Of a stretch of 64,000 nt of DNA, positions 1-10,672 are shown in pieces. Source of the stretch: Squalus acanthias. Its lineage: Eukaryota. Under the pieces are notes generated by a model that made no database searches, had not been told where the DNA came from, and saw nothing but the letters and a program-made list of their open reading frames with translations. Within the stretch, counting starts at the first letter, position 1. Every line of letters starts with the position of its first letter. The stretch lies in the NCBI GenBank assembly GCA_030390025.1, contig CM059432.1, positions 7,626,001 through 7,690,000 of the forward strand, in the 5' to 3' direction. The translations under genes were made by a program, and so were the position numbers.

Positions 1-271
1 AGATTAGTCAAGCACGATTTACCTTTTGTAAATCCATGTTGACTTTGTCCGATCCTGTCACTGTTTTCCAAGTGCTCTGCTATTACATCTTTTATAATGG
101 ACTCTAGCATTTTCCCCACTACCGATGTCAGGCTTACCGGTCTATAATTCCCCGTTTTCTCCCTACCACCTTTTTTGAATAGTGGGGTAACATTAGCTAC
201 CCTCCAATCCATGGGTACTGTTCCAGAGTCTATAGAATTTTGGAAGATGACCAGCAATGCATCTACTATTT

Positions 272-1692
272 CTAGGGCCACTTCCTTAAGTACCCTAGGA
301 TGTAGATTATCAGGCCCTGGGGATTTATCGGCATTAATCCCGTCAATTTCCCTAACACTATTTCCCTACAAATACTGATTTCTTTCAGTTCCTCCTTCTC
401 ATTAGACCCTATGTTCCCCGACATCTCTGGGAGGTTATTTGTGTCCTCCTTTGTGAAGACAGAACCAAAGTATGTATTTAATTGGTCTGCCATTTCTTTG
501 TTCCCCATTATAAATTCCCCTGATTCTGACTGCAAGGGACCTACGCTTGACTTCTCCAATCTTTTTCTCTTCACATATCTATAAAAGCTTTTACAGTCAG
601 TTTTTATGTTCCCTGCAAGCTTACTCTCATACTCTATTTCCCCCCTCTTAATTAATCCCTTTGTCCTTCTTTGCTGAATCCTATACTGCTCCCAATCCTC
701 AGGTTTTCTGCTTTTTCTGGCCAATTTATATGTCCTCTCCTTGGATCTTATGCTATCCCTAATTTCCTTTGTTAGCTACGGTTGAGTCACCTTTTTTGTT
801 TTATTTTTATGCCAAACTGGGATGAACAAATTCTGTAGTTCATTCATGCGATCTTTGAATGTTTGCCATTTCCTATCCACCGTCAACCCTTTGAGTGACA
901 TTCCCCAATCAATCCTACCCAACTCGCGCCTCATACCATCGTAGTTTCCTTTATTTAAATTCAGGACCCTAGTCTCTGAGTCAACTACTTCACTCTCCAT
1001 CTTAATGAAGAATTCTATCATATTATGATCGCTCCAACCCAAGGGGCCTCGCACAACAAGATTGCTAATTAATCCTTTCTCATTACATACTACCCAGTCT
1101 AAGATGGCCTGATCTCTAGTTGGTTCCTCGACATATTGGTCCAGGAAACCATTCCGTATACACTCCAGGAATTCCTCCTCCACAGTATTGTTACTAATTT
1201 GGTTAGCCCAATCTATATGTAGATTAAAGTCGCCCATGATAACTGCTGTGCTCTTATTGCACGCTTCTCTAATTTCCCTTTTAATGCCATCCCCAAACTC
1301 CGTATTACTGTTTGGGGGTCTATACACCACTCCCACTAGCATTTTCTGCCCCTTGGTATTTCTCAGTTCTACCCATACAGATTCCACATCATCAGAGATA
1401 ATATCCTTACAATTGTGTTAATCCCCTCTTTAACCAGCAATGCTACCCCACCTCCTTTTCCTTTTTGCCTATCTTTCCTGAATATTGAATACCCCTGGAT
1501 GTTGAGTTCCCAGCCTTGATCACCCTGAAGCCATGTTTCCGTAATCCCAATCATATCATATTCGTTTACCTCTATTTGCGCAGCTAATTCATCCACCTTA
1601 TTACGAATGCTCCTCGCATTAAGACACAAAGCCTTCAGGCTTGTTTTTTTAACCCTCTTAGACCTTTTAGAATTATTATTTACTGTGGCCAC
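272..1692 (-). pseudogene. CR1 ORF2 (APE endonuclease and linker), frameshifted
   Basis: Endonuclease motifs are split across three ORFs. RT-region sequence continues to position 1. Confidence 0.85.
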
Positions 1693-1800
1693 ATTTGATT
1701 TAAACCCTTGATTTCTTTGTTTTTTCCTTCCTGACTTTTGCTTCTATCCTTGTTTCCCTTTCCTCTGTCTCCCTGCTCAGGTTCCCAACCCCCTGCCATT

Positions 1801-2751
1801 TTAGTTTAAACCCTCCCCCAGAGCACTAGCAAACACTCCCCCAAGGACTTCGGTCCCGGTCCTGCCCAGGTGCAAACCGTCCGATTTGTACTGGTCCCAC
1901 CTCCCCCAGAACTGGTTCCAATATCCCAGGAATTTGAATCCCTCCCCCTTGCACCATTCCTCTAGCCATGTATTCAGCTGAAATATCCTTTTATTTCTAC
2001 TCTGACTAGCACGTGGCACTGGTAGCAATCCTGAGATTACTACCTTTGAGGTCCTATTTTTTAATTTACCTCCTAACTCCCTATATTCAGCTTTTAGGAC
2101 CTCATCCCGTTTTTTACCTATATCGTTGGTACCTATATGCACCACGACAACTGGCTGGTCACCCTCCCCTTCCAAAATGTTCTGCAGCCGCTCTGAGACA
2201 TCCTTGACCCTTGCACCAGGGAGGCAACACACCATCCTGGAGTCTCGTTTGCGGCCGCAGAAACGCCTATCTATTCCCCTTACAATAGAATCCCCTCTCA
2301 CTATAGCTCTACACCTCTTTTTCCTCCCTTCCTGTGCCGCAGAACCACCCCTGGTGCCAGGAAGTTGGCTGCTGCTGCCTTCCCCTGATAAGCCATCCCC
2401 CTCAACAGTATCCAAAGCGGTATATCTGTTTGAGAGGGGGATGTCCACAGGGGACTCCTGCACTACCTGCCTGCGCCTACTACTCTGCCTGGTGGTCACC
2501 CATTCCCTTCCTGCCTGTGCAACCTTTACCTGCTGTGTGACCAACTGGTTAAACGTGCTATCCACGAGGTCCTCAGCATCGCGAATGCTCCAGTATGTAT
2601 CCATTCGCAGCTCCAACGCCACAATGCGGTCTGCCAATAGCTGCAGCTGGATACACTTCCTGCACACATGGTCATCAGGGACACAGGAAGTGTCCCCGAT
2701 TTCCCACATAGCGCAGGAGGAGCATACCACGGCACCGAGCTGTGTTGCCAT
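1801..2751 (-). CDS. CR1 ORF1 protein: N-terminal CxxC...CxxC zinc finger, coiled coil and SGNH/GDSL esterase domain (316 aa)
   Basis: Uninterrupted ATG-initiated ORF with CSSC..CRKC, GDSIVRG, HIGTND and DGLHL motifs. Confidence 0.9.
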   Translation of the reverse strand: MATQLGAVVCSSCAMWEIGDTSCVPDDHVCRKCIQLQLLADRIVALELRMDTYWSIRDAEDLVDSTFNQLVTQQVKVAQAGREWVTTRQSSRRRQVVQESPVDIPLSNRYTALDTVEGDGLSGEGSSSQLPGTRGGSAAQEGRKKRCRAIVRGDSIVRGIDRRFCGRKRDSRMVCCLPGARVKDVSERLQNILEGEGDQPVVVVHIGTNDIGKKRDEVLKAEYRELGGKLKNRTSKVVISGLLPVPRASQSRNKRIFQLNTWLEEWCKGEGFKFLGYWNQFWGRWDQYKSDGLHLGRTGTEVLGGVFASALGEGLN

Positions 2752-3607
2752 GACTTACCCTTTAATTAATTGAACTTAAATTAAATCAAATCAATCCCAC
2801 CAATTATACTATAATTAAATGATATAGGGCCCTTGTTTACCAACTGTCCCCGCTACACCACAGAGACCCTAGAAACTATAAACCACAAAATTTAAGTTTG
2901 GAAAATGGAGAAAAAGAGAAATACTCACCACCAATCACTTACCTGCTTTCTGGTGACGTCACACTTTGATTATTTTTTACTTCTCTCTCTCCCGCTCAGA
3001 TTGGTAAGCCTACCTGGTCGCTGCCGCCTTTTATAGCCGCCACCTCGCCGCTGTCGCTCCACCCAGGTCCGCCGCCTAACCATCCTAAAGTGCTTGGAAC
3101 TCCCTCCCTAAACCTCTCTGCCTCTCTACCTCTCTCTCCTCCTTTAAGGCACTCCTTAAAATTTACCTCTTTGACCAAGCTTTTGGCAGAGGTTTAGCCA
3201 GGAGAATTCTGGAGCGGGGGACCTGCACCAATTGCAGGCATGGCTGCCAATAGTGAGGAGACAGGAGGGAGGATGCACAAGAGGCCAGAGTCAGCGGAAC
3301 GCAGAGTTCGGGGGTGGGGATTGTAGGGCTCCAATAAAGTCTCTGCCCTCCCGCAACACCAAAAACAATCCTCGCCAAAGTCATGAACTGCAATTCTCTT
3401 TAACTGTGTATTCCTCCCCATCCTGCTGGATCTCTCTCCTTTAGAAAACCTCCTTATAACCCATCATTTTGACAAAGCATATGGCCACCACTCCGAATAT
3501 CTCCATTCGTTATCTGATTACACCTCTGTGAAGCGCCTTGCAACTTTTCCTAGGTTACAGGCACTATGTAAATGCAATTAGTTGTTGCTGCAATAAAGAG
3601 ACAGAGG

Positions 3608-4218
3608 AAATGGACCATGTCCAGCAGGCACCTCAAAGCACTGGAGAGGTTCCACCAACGCTGCCTCCGCAAGATCCTGCAAATCCATTGGCAGGATAGG
3701 CGCACCAACGTCAGTGTTCTCGCTCAGGCCAACATCTCCAGCATCAAAGCTTTGACCACGCTCGATCAGTTCCAATGGACGGGTCACATCGTCTGCATGC
3801 CCGATACGAGACTCCCAAAACAAGCGCTCTACTCAGAGCTCCGGCACGGCAAGAGAGCCCCAGGTGAGCAGAGGAAACGCTTCAAGGACACCCTCAAAGT
3901 CTCCTTGAAAAAGTGCAACATTCCCACCGACACCTGGGAATCCCTTGCCCAAGACCGTACAAAGTGGAGGAGAAGCATCCGGGAAGGCGCCGAATACCTC
4001 GAGTCTCTTCGCCGGGAGCAAGCGGAAGCCAAGCGCAAACAGCGGAAGGCGCGCACGTCAACCCAAGCACCCTATCCACCCCTTCAACCACCGTCTGCCC
4101 CACCTGTGACAGAGACTGTAGGTCCCGCATTGGACTCATCAGTCACCTGAGAACTAATTTTTAATGTGGAAGCAAGTCATATTCGGTTCCGAGGGACTGC
4201 CTAAGAAGAAGAAGAAGA
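3608..4218 (+). mobile_element. RTE-clade LINE 3' fragment
   Basis: LERFHQRCLRKIL..W.D...GH..RM/C.D.RLPK..LYSEL C-terminus, a frameshifted C2H2 finger CPTCDRDCRSRIGLISHLRT, and an (AAG)n tail at ~4204-4218. Confidence 0.88.
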
Positions 4219-4832
4219 GGAAATAGAATACAAGAGCAGAGGGGTTTATGCTTCAACTGTATAAAACACTAGTTAGGCCTCAGCTAGAGTATTGCGTGCA
4301 GTTCTGGTCACCACATTACAGGAAAGATGTGATTGCACTAGAGAGGGTACAGAGGAGATTTACAAGGACGTTGCCAGGAGCAGAGAATCTTAGCTATGAG
4401 GAAAGACTGGATAGGCTGGGTTTGTTTTCCTTGGAACAGAGGAGGCTGAGGGGAGACCTTATTGAGGTGCATAAAATTATGAGGGACATAGATAAAGTGG
4501 ATAGAAAGGACCTATTTCCCCTAGCAGAGGGGTCAAAAACCAGGGGCACAGATTTAAAGTAATTGGTGGAAGGTTTAGAGGGGATTTGAGGGGAAATTTC
4601 TTCACCCAGAGGGTTGTGGGGGTCTGGAACTCATTGCCTGAAAGGGTGGTAGAGGCAGGAACCCTAACCACATTTAAAAAGTACTTGGATGTGCACTTGG
4701 GATGCTGTAACCTGCAGGGCTACGGACCAAGAGCTGGGAAGTGGGATTAGTCTGGATAGCTCTTTGTTGGCTGGCGCGGACACGATGGGCCGATATGCCC
4801 TCCTTCCGTGCTGTAACTTTCTATGATTCTAT
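4219..4832 (+). mobile_element. CR1 LINE 3' fragment
   Basis: [19 protein letters not shown]...[34 protein letters not shown]-type tail. Confidence 0.9.
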
Positions 4833-5501
4833 GAAAAGAGGCATCGGCTGTGTTCAGAGCAAACCAATATTGCAGTGGGGGCCTCAAACCCGCATTAGGA
4901 CCTTTGCACATTCAAATATGTTTCAGGCAAGGTGCCCTGGACGCCTATTTCTTTGCCCTACACCAATATGGCGGGCAGCGCACTTCCAGCTCGTAATGGA
5001 ATGGAACATTTTTCTTTCCCTTGGTACCAAATTTCAGGATCAAGCGCTCCGAGGCCCAGATTAGTTATAATTTTACACTGCCTGAACGTTGGGAGAGGAA
5101 TTCTTCTGGTCGCTAGGCGCAGCTTCACTGTAAGTGTGTTTTTGAGAATATTTTCACTGTTCAGTATTTTCAGGAAAATTGGAACCATAAGGCCACCTTG
5201 CCTGGCATGAACGCTACGGGCAGGATGGGTAGGACGGCGGCGGGGGTGGGGGCGGCGAGAGGGTTGGTCGCTCCGCATTCCCGACCTGTTCTTGGGCACC
5301 CCTCCCACATCCCCCCCCCTCAACCACAAATTTAACATATCTGAATTCAGGGCGCGGGAAGGCCGCCCGCACCAGAGGCGCGCAGGCCTGATGCGAATGG
5401 CGGCGGGGGAGTTGCGTCCCGATGATGTCATCGGCACGCCATTTTAACTGCGGGCTGACGAAGAGCCGCACAGCCACCAGCCAAACAGTAGGGTCGCCAA
5501 C

Positions 5502-5695
5502 TGTCGTAAGAATGAGCCTTACGCGTGGTGAACTTAAAGTAAGCTTTAATCAACTAAAAAGGTGCTACATACAAAAGAGGTCTTACTCTATGCCTCTCCA
5601 GGATCCCACTGATCAGCCCAGTATTTATCCTGGACTAATCACAGGAAGTGATGTAATAAAGTTCGAGTCACAGGAAGCTGTATTGTGTTACCACA
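5502..5695 (-). repeat. Gypsy 3' LTR
   Basis: Matches 9787-9980 with 4 substitutions counted by eye. Confidence 0.95.
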
Positions 5696-5711
5696 TTCTC
5701 CCCCCCCAAAA
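5696..5711 (-). promoter_or_regulatory. Polypurine tract (GGGGGGGGAGAA on minus) abutting the 3' LTR
   Basis: Plus-strand ttctccccccccaaaa directly follows the LTR end. Confidence 0.85.
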
Positions 5712-5758
5712 GATTAGGAGGCCGGGATGAAGTTCGAGTCACAGGAAGCTGTATTGTG

Positions 5759-8700
5759 TTACCACATTCTCCCTCCATTTCGTAGCCGCTGGACGAGGGA
5801 GAGCCGCACCCGTTTGGGTTCTCGTAGCGGTAGAGGGCCCCTAGCCCGTTTACCCGCCGCGGGCCGTGGACCAGAGTCCGAGTGATCCAGCTCGCTCTGT
5901 GAGGGGTCAGGACGATCCTGACTGTGTACTGGTGCCCGAACGGGTGTTGGGCAGGGCTGTGGCAGATCCGTTTCCGAGCGTATGGTACGGGGTGGATCGT
6001 GGCTGCGCGTGCGAGCCTCGACGGGCTCATAGTCAGTCTGCCCCAGGTCGGCACGCTGGAGTGAGGTACCAGCCGGCGTCAGATCCAGATCGTGATGAGA
6101 GGCACCTGGCAAGCCCAGAGATGTGCCTGGTACAATATCATCCCCTGGTGTCCCTCTATGTTTCGGCGGGCAGGGAGCCAGATCCCGCAATGACACGGTA
6201 GATTCCCGACCGTCAGGATACCGAATATAGGCGTAGGTAGGGTTGACGTCAGTGAGCTCAACCTCATCTACCAGGGGGTCATTCTTAGACGCCCGAACAT
6301 ATCTTCGGAGTAGCACTGGTCCCGGTGCAGTCAGCCACGACGGGAGAGATATCCCATAGGATGAGCGACGCTGAAATCGGAAGAACCGTTCATGAGGCGT
6401 CGTATTTGTGGCGGTCGAAAGGAGGGACCGTGTGGAGTGTAATGCGTCTGGAAGTACTGCTTCCCATTGCTGGTTGGGTAGGCCCCGAGATCTCAAAGCC
6501 AGACGTACCGCATTCCAGATGATAGCGTTAAAACGCTCGACTTGCCCATTCCCGACCGGATGATAAGGCGTCGTTCTGCTGGCAGCAATACCCCGTTCCG
6601 AGAGATAGGCCTTGAGTTCTCCTGACATAAAAGAAGGGCCCCGATCCGAATGAACATAGGATGCCATGCCACAGAAAGCAAATACCTGCTCAAGGCAGCT
6701 GATAACCGTGGTCGTCAGCATATTGGGGCAGGGAAAGGCAAACGGAAAACGGGAATACTCATCGACCATGGTCAATAGATAAGTGTTGCGAGTTGAAGAG
6801 GGCAACGGCCCCTTAAAATCGATGCTAAGCCGTTGCATTGGCTGGGTCGCATGTATGAGTATACCACCTGAGGGGCGGAAAAACTGAGGTTTCAATTCCG
6901 CACAGACTCTGCAGTCCGAGCACATCTTCTTTACATCCCCGGTAGAGAATGGGAGATTTCGGGACCGCACGAAGTGTAGCATGCGAGTAACGCCTGGATG
7001 ACACAACCCATCATGGATGTCTACGAGTGTAGAGGGTGCCATGGCGGAGCAGAATGCTCGTGTGAGGGTATCCGGAGCCACATTCTCCTTGCCAGGTCGA
7101 TAGTGGATGGTGTAACCAAAAGAGGCCAATTCCAGCCGCCAAAGCTGGATTTTATTATTTTTAATTTTGGTCCGTTTTCGATTATCGAGCATGAAGGCGA
7201 CCGATCGCTGGTCCGTGATTAAGGTAAAGTGCTGGCGAGCTAGGAGATGAGTCCACTTCCGTACTGCCTCTATGATGGCTGTAGCTTCTTTCTCGACTGG
7301 AGGATAATGTAGCTCAGCCCCTTGAAAAGTCCTGGACAAAAATGCCACCGGACGACCTTCCTGATTCAGAGTGGCCGAGATCGCCACCTCCGAGGCATCA
7401 CACTCAACAACAAAAGGAAGACTCTCATCGATGGAGTGAAGAGCCGCTTTCTCCAACTGTTTTTTCAGGAGGTTAAAGGCTGCAACAGCCGCTGTGTCTA
7501 GTGGGAATGTGCTGGCCTTCAGTAGAGGTTGGATTCGGTCCGAGAAGTTAGGAATCCATTTAGCATAGTATGCAAACAGGCCGAGGGCCCGGCGCAAGGA
7601 GGCCGGATTCTTAGGTGGCGGGAGTTCTTGGAGTGGGCGAAGCCTTTCAGGGTCAGGTTTAATGATGCCATTGCCCACACAATAGCCAAGGATGTTGATG
7701 GTTGGTTGTGACTCAATGGATTTAGCCGCATTTAATGTCAAATTACGGTGCTGGAGTGCATCCCAAAATCGTTGGAGATTGGCGTCATGTTCCCGCTGAT
7801 TGCGACCTGCGACAGTAATATTTTCCAGATAAGGAAACGTATCCTTTAAGTCTTCCTGTTTGACCAGGTCATCCATTGCTCGCTGGAAGACAGCCACTCC
7901 ATTAGTGACCCCAAAGGGGAGGCGACGAAATTGATACAGCCGTCCATTGGCTTCAAAGGCCGTATACTGCTTGTCTGAGACCTTCAAGGGTACCTGATGA
8001 TAGGCACTTTTCAGATCATATGTTGAGAACACCGTGTACTCAGCCAGTTTATTAACCATATCATCGATGCGCGGCAATGGGTATGCGTCCAAGTCCGTAT
8101 ATTGATTGATGGTCTGTGAATAGTCAATGCACAGCCGTTTCTTGTGAGGTTGTAGAGGGTTCTTAACAATAACGACCTGGGCGCGCCATGGCGACGAACA
8201 AGGCTCGATGATATCCTCTGCTAAAAGCCGAGAAATCTCAGCCGCAATAAAAGACTGGTCTTCCTGACTGAAACGTCGTGACTTTGTTATAATCGGTTTG
8301 CATCGAGGAGGGATACTGGTAAACAGTGAGGGTTCATCCAGTGAAGCTGCTGACAATGCACAGAACGGTAATCGAGGTCGTATATTAGAAATAGTGAGTT
8401 CAGGTTTGGATCCGCCGAACTCAATGGTGAGCTTCTTATGCTGCTTTTGAAAATCTAGCCCTAAGATAAGATCACTACATAAGTCCTTGAGCACCGAAAG
8501 CCGGGTGGAGGGATACCTGTGACCATTAAGTGTTATTTCAACCATACAAAAGCCAGAAATTCTGGTATTAAGTGATGACTGAGCCATCGCAATTGCCTGG
8601 TCCGATGGGAAAACATGTAGCTTTAACTCTGCAACAATCTGTTCCCTAATGAAACTATCAGTGCTACCTGAGTCAATTAAGGCATCTAAAGTATGTCCAT

Positions 8701-8920
8701 TAATTGATGCTTTTGTAGCTGCATGGAATAGGTTCTGAGGACAAGCAGCTGTAATTGGTGTCGTTGCACAAAGAGTGGCTGAAACTCTAGGTGTGTTTCT
8801 TCGAGAGAAAACCCGAGAGGAAGCACGATAGATTTTAGCCGGAACATCTTGATAGGCCCTTACCGGGGCAGTTCGGTAGGACTTAGCTTGATAAGCCCTC
8901 GTAGAGGTCTTGATAGGCAA
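5759..8920 (-). CDS. Gypsy Pol: aspartic protease, reverse transcriptase, RNase H, integrase (1053-codon open frame)
   Basis: LIDSGST protease; RLCIDY, DLKSAYHQ and LPFG RT motifs with YLEN at the YxDD position; CDAS..EKEA..TDQ RNase H; H..H..C..C plus D,D,E integrase. Confidence 0.93.
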   Translation of the reverse strand: MPIKTSTRAYQAKSYRTAPVRAYQDVPAKIYRASSRVFSRRNTPRVSATLCATTPITAACPQNLFHAATKASINGHTLDALIDSGSTDSFIREQIVAELKLHVFPSDQAIAMAQSSLNTRISGFCMVEITLNGHRYPSTRLSVLKDLCSDLILGLDFQKQHKKLTIEFGGSKPELTISNIRPRLPFCALSAASLDEPSLFTSIPPRCKPIITKSRRFSQEDQSFIAAEISRLLAEDIIEPCSSPWRAQVVIVKNPLQPHKKRLCIDYSQTINQYTDLDAYPLPRIDDMVNKLAEYTVFSTYDLKSAYHQVPLKVSDKQYTAFEANGRLYQFRRLPFGVTNGVAVFQRAMDDLVKQEDLKDTFPYLENITVAGRNQREHDANLQRFWDALQHRNLTLNAAKSIESQPTINILGYCVGNGIIKPDPERLRPLQELPPPKNPASLRRALGLFAYYAKWIPNFSDRIQPLLKASTFPLDTAAVAAFNLLKKQLEKAALHSIDESLPFVVECDASEVAISATLNQEGRPVAFLSRTFQGAELHYPPVEKEATAIIEAVRKWTHLLARQHFTLITDQRSVAFMLDNRKRTKIKNNKIQLWRLELASFGYTIHYRPGKENVAPDTLTRAFCSAMAPSTLVDIHDGLCHPGVTRMLHFVRSRNLPFSTGDVKKMCSDCRVCAELKPQFFRPSGGILIHATQPMQRLSIDFKGPLPSSTRNTYLLTMVDEYSRFPFAFPCPNMLTTTVISCLEQVFAFCGMASYVHSDRGPSFMSGELKAYLSERGIAASRTTPYHPVGNGQVERFNAIIWNAVRLALRSRGLPNQQWEAVLPDALHSTRSLLSTATNTTPHERFFRFQRRSSYGISLPSWLTAPGPVLLRRYVRASKNDPLVDEVELTDVNPTYAYIRYPDGRESTVSLRDLAPCPPKHRGTPGDDIVPGTSLGLPGASHHDLDLTPAGTSLQRADLGQTDYEPVEARTRSHDPPRTIRSETDLPQPCPTPVRAPVHSQDRPDPSQSELDHSDSGPRPAAGKRARGPLPLREPKRVRLSLVQRLRNGGRMW

Positions 8921-9708
8921 ACCTTTGCAAAATTACCCTTTTTGTTGCAATGACTGCAAAACGCATTGCGAGCAGGGCAGAATTTCCGAGGGTGAAACTC
9001 ATCACCACAAAAGAAGCATTTCTTAGATTGCCAAGAGGCTGCCACAGTGGGGTCATCATCCTCTTCATCAGTGAAGTCATCAGATTGATCGTCAGGGATA
9101 AAGTCCTCCCTAATAGAGTTCACCTGTGGCCTCTTAAATTGCCTGACTGTAGTTAAGGCAGCAGACCGAGGTCTGGGCACTGTATAAAGGTCTGCATTTC
9201 TTTTTGCCAGATCTAGAGAGCAAGCCATGTCATAAGCTCTCTGAAGCTCAAGTGTCTTACTTTCCAGTAGACGCTGGCGTATAAATGGGGAGGCAAGCCC
9301 GCAGATGAAAGCATCATGGATCATTTCTTCATGGTACAGCTCAGCTGAGGCCGCCTGAAAGTTACAGTCCATACTAAGTCTGCGAAGCTCTTGGAGGAAT
9401 TTATCAATGGATTCCTCCGGCCCTTGTTGGGCTGTAGCTAGTAGATGTCTGGCATAGACCTCATTCGGTGTCTTAGTATATAGTCTCTTAAGCGTCCGAA
9501 TTGCCTCCTCGTAACTGCCCCATTCCTCGACATACTGAAATACATTCGGGGTGACACAGTTGATGAGTATCCGCAATTTTGAGTCATCATCAGCCTTGCA
9601 ATATTCGAGAAAATTGTCAAACGTGCGATACCAGTGTTTCCACACCTTACCGGCTGCTGGGGTGTTTGGGTCCAAGTCAAGACGCGATGGTTTAAGGATG
9701 TTTTCCAT
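8860..9708 (-). CDS. Gypsy Gag (282 aa) with two zinc-knuckle-like motifs
   Basis: ATG 79 bp inside the 5' LTR; capsid-like Q.PEESIDKF..LR.L...CNF; CFFCG..H....C and CSHC....N....C. Confidence 0.9.
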   Translation of the reverse strand: MENILKPSRLDLDPNTPAAGKVWKHWYRTFDNFLEYCKADDDSKLRILINCVTPNVFQYVEEWGSYEEAIRTLKRLYTKTPNEVYARHLLATAQQGPEESIDKFLQELRRLSMDCNFQAASAELYHEEMIHDAFICGLASPFIRQRLLESKTLELQRAYDMACSLDLAKRNADLYTVPRPRSAALTTVRQFKRPQVNSIREDFIPDDQSDDFTDEEDDDPTVAASWQSKKCFFCGDEFHPRKFCPARNAFCSHCNKKGNFAKVCLSRPLRGLIKLSPTELPR

Positions 9709-9786
9709 GATGGGTGATTCACTGGATCCTTAGTTCCGAGTTCGTCCAAAAAGTTTGAGTGCAAAGTTTTTCAAAGTTGATTAAAT

Positions 9787-9980
9787 TGTCGTAAGAATGA
9801 GCCTTACGCGTGGTGAACTTAAAGTAAGCTTTAATCAACTAAAAAGGTGTTACATACAAAAGAGGTCTTACTCTATGCCTCGCCAGGATCCCACTAATCA
9901 GCCCAGTATTTATCCTGGACTAATAACAGGAAGTGATGTAATAAAGTTCGAGTCACAGGAAGCTGTATTGTGTTACCACA
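9787..9980 (-). repeat. Gypsy 5' LTR
   Basis: TG...CA ends; GATAAATA TATA-like site and ATTAAA poly(A)-like signal on the minus strand. Confidence 0.95.
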
Positions 9981-10093
9981 CCAACTCTGGTTGGATGTAT
10001 CCCTGGAGGTTTCATCACATGACCTCCAGCCTCCAACCGCCCCGCCCCAGCCAAACATAATTCCCCCTCCCCTCACCATTTCTAACTAATAAG

Positions 10094-10672
10094 AACAACC
10101 ACAACTTGTATTTATATAGCGCCTTTAATGTAGTAAAACGCCCCAAGGCGCTTCACAGGAGTATTTTAAGACAAAAAAATTTGACACTGAGCCACACAAG
10201 GAGAAATTAGGACAGATGACCAAAAGCTTGGTCAAAGAGGGAGGTTTTACAGAGCATCTTAAAGGAGGAAAGAGAGGTAGAGAGGTGGAGAGGTTTAGGG
10301 AGGGAATTCCAGAGCTTAGGGCCTTGGCAACAGAAGGCACGGCCGCCAATGGTTGAGTGATTATAATCAGGGATGCTCAAGAGGGCAGAATTAGAGGAGC
10401 GCTGAGATCTCGGGCGGTGTTGTGGGGCTGAGGAGGTTACAGAGATAGGGAGGGGCGAGGGCCACGGAGGGATTTGAACACAAGGATGAAATCGAGTCGC
10501 TGCTTAACCGGGAGCCAGTGTAGGTCAGCGAGCACAGGGGTGATGGGCGAACGGGACTTGGTGCGAGTTAGGACACGGGCAGCAGAGTTTTGGATGACCT
10601 CAAGTTTACGTAGGCTAGAATGTGGGAGGCCGGCCAGGAGTGCGTTGGAATAGTCAAGTCTAGAGGTAACAA
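10094..10672 (-). mobile_element. L2-clade LINE 3' fragment
   Basis: VTSRLDYSNALLAGLP...LEVIQNSAARVLT...ITPVLADLHWLPV.QR and a (TTG)n-type tail. The same family recurs at ~3090-3190, 13095-13530, 32825-33170, 35445-35770, 40540-42210 and 57950-58285. Confidence 0.9.

Larger units (their letters stand above)
1..3075 (-). mobile_element. CR1-clade LINE retaining its 5' UTR, ORF1 and the 5' part of ORF2; continues beyond the window start
   Basis: ORF1 (1801-2751) is followed by ORF2 pieces with APE endonuclease motifs (CLNARS, GITETW, GDFN, SDH) and the linker towards RT (1369-1692, 776-1387, 272-724), separated by frameshifts. The upstream boundary near 3075 is approximate. Confidence 0.92.
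5502..9980 (-). mobile_element. Full-length Ty3/Gypsy LTR retrotransposon (4479 bp)
   Basis: Direct 194-bp LTRs (5502-5695, 9787-9980) with TG...CA ends; 5-bp TSD CCAAC (5497-5501, 9981-9985); PR-RT-RH-IN domain order; polypurine tract next to the 3' LTR. Confidence 0.97.
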
